Below, one piece after another: positions 58,642-64,000 of a stretch of 64,000 nt of DNA. The DNA lies in the NCBI GenBank assembly GCA_030650415.1, contig JAUSEG010000025.1, positions 11,916 through 75,915 of the forward strand, read 5' to 3'. Made by a program: the position numbers and the translations under genes. Each line of letters begins with the position of its first letter. Position 1 is the first letter of the stretch. The stretch comes from a bacterium (GTDB lineage Bacteria > Patescibacteriota > Patescibacteriia > Patescibacteriales > GWC2-42-12). Below the pieces are notes generated by a model that did not search any database, was not told the origin of the DNA, and saw nothing but the letters and a program-made list of their open reading frames with translations.

Positions 58642-59556
58642 ATGAAAACCAATTTAATAAAAGACCAAGAGCTAATGAAAATTTTGGACATAGATTTAAA
58701 GACTCTAAACAGATTTAAGCAAATCAGAAGTGAAACCATGGCCGAAGCGAAAAAATTAAGCCAAAGAAAAAATAGAAAGCTAAAAGTTTTGGGCATTTCC
58801 GGCTCGGCCAGGGATCTCATGGATATGTCGCAGGAAGATTCCAACTCCGGCGAATTGTTAAAAAATTGCTTGGGTTATTGCGAGAAACTTGGCGCCGAAA
58901 CCGAATTTATTCAATTAAAAAAATATAATATAAAATATTGCAAAGCCTGCTACTCCACGGTTAATACGCAATGTCATTTCTATTGCTCATGTTATCCAAA
59001 AGGCACTCCGCAAGGCGATGATATGACCAACATTTTATACGACAAAATCCTCTCGGCCGATATCATAATTTTCGCTACGCCGGTTAACAATTTTAAAATT
59101 TCCACTTTGCTGGCGACCTTTATTGACCGCTGCATAAGTCTGGACGGCAGTCTTTCTCCGGCTAATCCGCAAGCGCCTAAAGACAAAGAACTGAATATTA
59201 AACACATGAAATTCATAGAACTAACGGCCGACAATAATTTACCGGGTAGTGGCCTTCTAAGAAGATTTACGGGAAAAGTCGCCGGCATTATTGTTACCGG
59301 CCACGAAGCCGGCGCCGCCATGGCTATAAGCTCTTTATCGATGATTTTAAATAATTTTGGCATGATGCTCCCGCCCTTTAACAGCCTCTACGCCATGTCT
59401 TCTGTCTGCCGCTCTACTTACGAAGATAAGCCGATCGTCCTAAGCGATTGTTACGATGAGGAACTAAAAGCTTTAGCCAATAATCTTGTTTTAGCGGCCA
59501 AGCTGGCAAAAAATTGCAAAATTACCGACTGGAAAAATGATTATACCGCAAATTAA
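58642..59556 (+). CDS. Flavodoxin family / NADPH-dependent FMN reductase with Cys cluster
   Basis: LGISGSAR, CKACYS...CHFYCSC, ADIIIFATPV. Confidence 0.85.
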   Translation: MKTNLIKDQELMKILDIDLKTLNRFKQIRSETMAEAKKLSQRKNRKLKVLGISGSARDLMDMSQEDSNSGELLKNCLGYCEKLGAETEFIQLKKYNIKYCKACYSTVNTQCHFYCSCYPKGTPQGDDMTNILYDKILSADIIIFATPVNNFKISTLLATFIDRCISLDGSLSPANPQAPKDKELNIKHMKFIELTADNNLPGSGLLRRFTGKVAGIIVTGHEAGAAMAISSLSMILNNFGMMLPPFNSLYAMSSVCRSTYEDKPIVLSDCYDEELKALANNLVLAAKLAKNCKITDWKNDYTAN

Positions 59557-59571
59557 ATTAAATAATTTTAT

Positions 59572-59802
59572 ATGTCAAAAATTTCCAACACCAAAGAAAA
59601 TTTCGCCAAGTGTACCTGCGGTAGCTGTCCGACTTACCAGGCCAGCAGTTGCGCCAAAAAAAAACCGGAAAAACTTTACTGCGCGACGGGCAAATCGAGT
59701 TGCGATCTCGCTCGCAAAGGCTGTATCTGCGGCGCCTGCCCGATCTGGTCGGAATATAATCTGTCCAACGGTTATTTTTGTTTTAGCGGCGAAGTTAATT
59801 AA
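59572..59802 (+). CDS. Small Cys-rich protein (DUF2769-like)
   Basis: CTCGSCPTY...LYCATGKSSC...GCICGACPI...YFC. Confidence 0.8.
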   Translation: MSKISNTKENFAKCTCGSCPTYQASSCAKKKPEKLYCATGKSSCDLARKGCICGACPIWSEYNLSNGYFCFSGEVN

Positions 59803-59831
59803 TTATTTATTTAAAATACCAATTTTATTCA

Positions 59832-59932
59832 CCCCGTTAGATATTTTATTTAATTTTTGCAAATTTATAAAAAATTTGCGATTATTTTTAAATATTTTTC
59901 GGGCATAAAAATTATGTTAAAATCTAACGGGG
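59832..59932 (+). repeat. CCCCGTTAGA/TCTAACGGGG element containing the cupredoxin start codon
   Basis: ttca-ccccgttagatattt...cgggcataaaaattATGttaaaatctaacgggg-taaa. Confidence 0.85.
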
Positions 59933-60309
59933 TAAAAAAAATTATTTGGTTGGGAATATTTTTTATCGCCATCCTGGCTTTAAGCGGCTGCAGCCTATAT
60001 GAAAACAACCAGACCGTCGCTCCGCGCCCCGCTCAAACCGCCAGACAACCGGAGGTCTCCACTAATAATGCCATCACGGTTAATATTGAAAATTTTTCTT
60101 TTAATTCTAACTCGGTTACTATTAAAAAAGGCACGACCGTAACCTGGATTAATAATGATTCAGCGCCTCATGAAATTAAATCCACTGGTTTTAATTCCGA
60201 GATTTTAAGCAAGGACCAAAGTTTTTCCTTTACCTTTAATGAAGCCGGAACCTTCGGCTATTCTTGCTCCATCCATCCTTCGATGACCGGTGAAATAATC
60301 GTCGAGTAA
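59914..60309 (+). CDS. Cupredoxin (plastocyanin/azurin-like) lipoprotein
   Basis: LSGC lipobox; copper ligands PH...CSIHPSM. Confidence 0.88.
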   Translation: MLKSNGVKKIIWLGIFFIAILALSGCSLYENNQTVAPRPAQTARQPEVSTNNAITVNIENFSFNSNSVTIKKGTTVTWINNDSAPHEIKSTGFNSEILSKDQSFSFTFNEAGTFGYSCSIHPSMTGEIIVE

Positions 60310-60310
60310 T

Positions 60311-60535
60311 ATGATACATAATCTTGCTTATACCTTAATTTTGGGCAAACCGCTAATCATGTACGGTGGCATTTTGACCTTCTTGCTCTTGCTCTCAACG
60401 GCCACCGTCGGTGCCTTAAATTTTAAAGGCATTTCGGTCATCCCCTTTAAATGGCACCCGAGGCTGGCTATAACAACAATTATTGCCGCGGCTATCCACG
60501 CCATTCTCGGTCTTTCTATTTTTTTAAAATTTTAA
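60311..60535 (+). CDS. Small two-TM membrane protein with conserved His residues
   Basis: KWHPRLA...IHAILG. Confidence 0.7.
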   Translation: MIHNLAYTLILGKPLIMYGGILTFLLLLSTATVGALNFKGISVIPFKWHPRLAITTIIAAAIHAILGLSIFLKF

Positions 60536-60642
60536 TCAAGGTATTTTCATTGAAACACAAAAAAATACTCAGCCAAGAGCTGAATATTTTTATATAAAAA
60601 AGACGCTCGCCTGCCATAAAGCAATCGAACGTCCGTGAATTA

Positions 60643-61704
60643 TCAAGCGGCTGTTCTTGAGGCGGCTTGTCGCGCCTCTAGAATCTTGCATTTCAATGAG
60701 CCAAAGCCGGCGATTGCCAGATCAAGCTGATCAAGCATTGCTTTCAGAGCCGCCGGATCGGTGTTAGCTATCAGGCTGCTGAACACAAAGACGGAAAAAC
60801 CTTCCGCGATTTTCAAGTCGGCTTTGGCACGCTCGACAATCAAACGCAATTTCCGAGCGTGGTCTGCCGGCTTGCGCGGACGGCCGCGCGGCCTATCCGG
60901 AGCTATTTCCTTCACCAGTCTGTTCACTTCAGCCAACCGAAATTTCGGATCGGCAATCGCCATGGCCTTTTGATAAACTTCCATCTGCCGCTCCTGGGGC
61001 AAGCGAGCCAGCGGATAGGCGATAGTGAGAAGCAGATGTTCAGCTGAAGGCAAACTCGTGTCCAAAAGTCTCTGAAGTTCGGGTGCCAGATCATTCAAGG
61101 ACAAACACTTATATACCCAGCCGCCTGATTGATCATATTTATTCGCCAGCTTCCTAACCGACACTTCTGCCCTTCTCTCCTTCATAAGCATCCGGGCAAT
61201 TTCAAGCGGAGAAGCGCCGGCAGAAACCTGATGATTATTGGTTGGCGGAACCGGAGCTGGATCAGCCGGTTTAGGCAGGAGCGCGGGCGGCGGTGTTTCA
61301 GTAATCGCTGCTACCGCCAGAATCGGCGCTCTTGGGACTAGCGGTTTTGAACCGTTAGCTTCGACAGTCTTGGGTTGAGGCCGAAAAATAACGCCTTCAC
61401 GCCTCATAACATCCAACCTGTCTCTCAAAAAGACTCCCATCTCTTTGGCAACGGTAGAGTTTACTCCGTTGCCTTTACCGACGACATTCCATTTCCCTTC
61501 TCTCTCATAAGTGGCTTGCCAAGGATATTCCCAATCCTTTCCTTCGTCTGCTGTGTCATGCAGAGCTAATCTGCCAGAAAGGCTTTGCCCCGACTCATTT
61601 CTCACCTCCATCGAAAGGGCAAAGAGTGTAAGACAACTTACAAACTGATAATTACCCTTCCAGGCCTTGGCAGGACCGCTATCTTCGTCATGATGATTGT
61701 TCAT
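60643..61704 (-). CDS. Protein with a ParB/Spo0J-like HTH region but no recognisable ParB CTPase domain (stand-alone GC-shifted cassette)
   Basis: SPLEIARML...SVRKLANKYDQSGGWVYKCLSLNDLAPELQRLL; Pro-rich linker; RPRGRPRK AT-hook-like motif; AGGAG RBS; promoter TTGACT at 61798-61793. Confidence 0.6.
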   Translation of the reverse strand: MNNHHDEDSGPAKAWKGNYQFVSCLTLFALSMEVRNESGQSLSGRLALHDTADEGKDWEYPWQATYEREGKWNVVGKGNGVNSTVAKEMGVFLRDRLDVMRREGVIFRPQPKTVEANGSKPLVPRAPILAVAAITETPPPALLPKPADPAPVPPTNNHQVSAGASPLEIARMLMKERRAEVSVRKLANKYDQSGGWVYKCLSLNDLAPELQRLLDTSLPSAEHLLLTIAYPLARLPQERQMEVYQKAMAIADPKFRLAEVNRLVKEIAPDRPRGRPRKPADHARKLRLIVERAKADLKIAEGFSVFVFSSLIANTDPAALKAMLDQLDLAIAGFGSLKCKILEARQAASRTAA

Positions 61705-61962
61705 AGATGCTCCTGTTGTTTTGGTGTTGGGGTTTTTGCAAAGAGCGAAAGACTCTTTTACTTAACTAAATTTAAACACATAAGTTTTGCGAAGTCAATC
61801 AATCGGGTTTATCTGCGCCCCCCCCATTTTTCCCACAAAAAAATCCCTTTCGGGACTTTTTTATTTTGCGGGAGCAAGTAGACGAGATTATAATCTTTTT
61901 CAAGGAGTTAAAAATGTATTATTATATTCCAAATTTAACCAATAGTGGCAATCCTTGCTGAA

Positions 61963-62421
61963 TTAAGCAATAGGCAATTTAGATTCTCTTTCCCCGATAA
62001 GCGTATTTACTCGTTCCAATAAAGTCTGAGCGTCGCTCATACCTTGCTTTAAATCTGTTTCTGAAATAGGCAAAGTTTTGCCATACTCAAGTATATTCCT
62101 TTTCTTTCTCATTTTTTCAATTCTTTCAAATTCGTGAGGCAGTTCGTTCATGACGAAGCTAGCCGCCTGTACAGTCAGCCAATGATGGCCGGGACCGCTG
62201 GTTTTAACCCTGTAGCCATTCAAATATAAAATTGCCGTGCAAGCCAATCTTAAAGAGTCGTAGATATGATTATAAACCATATCTTCATCGCCGGTTTCGG
62301 ACAAATTTTTTTTGGCAAAACGATATTGTTTGTAAGCTTTATCCAATTGCACCCTGGCATCAACTGCGCTGGTGTTGATCTGCTCAATTTGGTTGTTTTG
62401 TAATAAATTTTGTAAATTCAT
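61963..62421 (-). CDS. HEPN domain protein (toxin of an MNT-HEPN pair)
   Basis: YNHIYDSLR...GYRVK...GHH...RKKRNILEY. Confidence 0.8.
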   Translation of the reverse strand: MNLQNLLQNNQIEQINTSAVDARVQLDKAYKQYRFAKKNLSETGDEDMVYNHIYDSLRLACTAILYLNGYRVKTSGPGHHWLTVQAASFVMNELPHEFERIEKMRKKRNILEYGKTLPISETDLKQGMSDAQTLLERVNTLIGERESKLPIA

Positions 62422-62974
62422 TAGAGTTTCCTTTTAGCGATATAATAGGGTCGCTAATTATATTAATAATAAAACTATTGTTTTCTTTAATATTTTTAAT
62501 GAACTCTTGTTTTCTATAAATATGGTAATTTATTTCCCTGTTCAATTCATTTTCTAGCACTCTCACCTTGTCAATCAAAATGTCCTGATCAACTTCGCCG
62601 ATTAGCATTAAATCAATATCACTGTTTGTGTTTTCTTTGTTTTTAGCGATTGAACCAAAAATAAAAGCGATTTCAATTTCATTTAACGCGTCAACCAACT
62701 CTTTTAATTTAGATTCTATGCCCAGAGTTTTTGAAATAATCTTTTTTATATCTTCATAGAGCGGGTAGTTTTTGTTCAATTTAAAAAAACGCAAGTTGCC
62801 TTTGCGTTCATCAAGTAAAATTTCATCTTTAACGAAACCGTCAAGGTGCCTTTGAAAATAGGAAGCTTCTTTATTCAAATTTCTGGCGATTTCAGTTAAG
62901 TAGTATTCCTTGTCCGGATCCTTAAAGAAAAAACTCAATAACTCGCCTTTTCCATTTTTTACAAAATCAAACAT
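62384..62974 (-). CDS. wHTH plus minimal nucleotidyltransferase (MNT antitoxin)
   Basis: FIFGSIAKNKENTNSDIDL (GSX10DXD); N-terminal YLTEIAR HTH. Confidence 0.85.
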   Translation of the reverse strand: MFDFVKNGKGELLSFFFKDPDKEYYLTEIARNLNKEASYFQRHLDGFVKDEILLDERKGNLRFFKLNKNYPLYEDIKKIISKTLGIESKLKELVDALNEIEIAFIFGSIAKNKENTNSDIDLMLIGEVDQDILIDKVRVLENELNREINYHIYRKQEFIKNIKENNSFIINIISDPIISLKGNSNEFTKFITKQPN

Positions 62975-63103
62975 AATAAATTGCTTTGATTAGCTATAAA
63001 ACCATATACAAAGAGTATATGACCATATACAACCTGTATATATCATATCAAATATTAATAAATAAGTAAATAGCTAATTATAAAGAAATTGCTACATACC
63101 AGA

Positions 63104-63532
63104 TTAAGACTTTCTTTTTTTATAATACAAAAATGAAACAATTACCCCGATAATAATAACAACAAAACCAACAACAATCAGGTTATAACCATTTAAAGGT
63201 TTTGTTACAATATTTTTAAATATAGCATAGTAATCCCTGCCCCAGCCAATATTTAAAGATACAAAAGTTAACCTTAACTCATCGCAACACTTTTCTTCTC
63301 CCAAAAAAAGATTGCACGTTCCAAATTCTGTGGTTACCACATAATCTCCAGAATAGCTCTTCCAGCCAGAAGGAAAATCATAATGTGTGTTTTCGTCCCC
63401 GACCCAGTAACCAGCGCATTCTTTTGTCTGAGGGTTTATGGCAATCCCTCCTCGGACGGCGGGAGCAGCGTAGGTATTATTAGTTAATAAAAATAAAACG
63501 AAAATAAAAAAAATAAATATCAATTTTTTCAT
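63104..63532 (-). CDS. Hypothetical secreted/membrane-anchored Cys-containing protein
   Basis: Signal peptide; C-terminal TM helix with basic tail. Confidence 0.65.
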   Translation of the reverse strand: MKKLIFIFFIFVLFLLTNNTYAAPAVRGGIAINPQTKECAGYWVGDENTHYDFPSGWKSYSGDYVVTTEFGTCNLFLGEEKCCDELRLTFVSLNIGWGRDYYAIFKNIVTKPLNGYNLIVVGFVVIIIGVIVSFLYYKKRKS

Positions 63533-63656
63533 AAACAGTTATTTAATAACTTACACCTCTATTTTACCACTTCCTATCTTAAGCTATAACGTGCTCTAAC
63601 CTAATTTATTACTAACTAAAAACAAAAACGAAGCCTCTAATAGACTTTGTTCCGTT

Positions 63657-63677
63657 TGCGGGATGGACGGGACTCGG
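63657..63677 (-). repeat. 21-bp direct repeat of the tRNA-Asp 3' end (att-like)
   Basis: tgcgggatggacgggactcgg at 63657-63677 and 63831-63851. Confidence 0.9.
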
Positions 63678-63832
63678 CTTCGGCTCTCGTCGGCTTCCGC
63701 CTCCTCGACCTAGCCACCGCCTCGCGGCGCTCCTCGCCTAATAGCTCGTCGCGCATCGCTCCGGCGTCCTCGTCCCATCTCTTCCAATCAAAAAAAGAAA
63801 AAGCTCCGCAGGGAGCTTTTTCTTTTTTTATG

Positions 63833-63906
63833 CGGGATGGACGGGACTCGGACCCGCGACCTCTGCCGTGACAGGGCAGCGCTCTAACCAGCTGAGCTAC
63901 CATCCC
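63833..63906 (-). tRNA. tRNA-Asp (GTC)
   Basis: GGGATGG/CCATCCC acceptor stem, CTGCC-CTGTCAC-GGCAG anticodon arm; T loop reads TCCGAGT; CCA not encoded. Confidence 0.92.
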
Positions 63907-64000
63907 AAAAAAATTTTAAACTATATAATAAAAGCCTCTTAACGAGACTAAAATTATCCTAACAAAAAACCACTTGTTAGTCAATTCTGTTGTAGTTCTA

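Noticed and set aside
63637..63903. 88-aa and 74-aa ORFs
   Set aside because: They overlap tRNA-Asp, its terminator and the duplicated 3' end; spurious.
1..64000. CRISPR array
   Set aside because: The palindromic repeats are dispersed and variable, not regularly spaced identical repeats with unique spacers; no cas genes.

Overview
AT-rich bacterial chromosome segment in genetic code 11 (TGA is a stop). Gene content points to a Patescibacteria/CPR organism, probably Parcubacteria and Falkowbacteria-like (inference). Core genes: nusA, rlmN, greA-like, sufS, yebC-ruvC, a two-glgA/GH57 glucan cluster, a short SMC, comM, recA, efp, rpsF-ssb-rpsR, ychF, tRNA-Glu(TTC) and tRNA-Asp(GTC). Also present: two paralogous modular surface proteins (one split by an in-frame TAA), two toxin-antitoxin pairs, and one intact IS with TIRs and a 6-bp target duplication. 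Two things stand out. (1) A dense set of small palindromic elements in several families (TAAA-tagged, CYTG-tagged, TGTC-ended, and long hairpins with conserved internal loops). They nest in each other, insert in frame inside conserved proteins, and even supply start and stop codons. (2) Eight stand-alone, mostly GC-shifted single-gene cassettes, each with its own promoter, an A/C-rich leader and a terminator. They include CsrA, a beta-barrel-like outer-membrane protein, a half PurH and a ParB-HTH protein, and may be host-derived or host-directed. No database searches or folding calculations were run; family calls come from motif recognition by eye.
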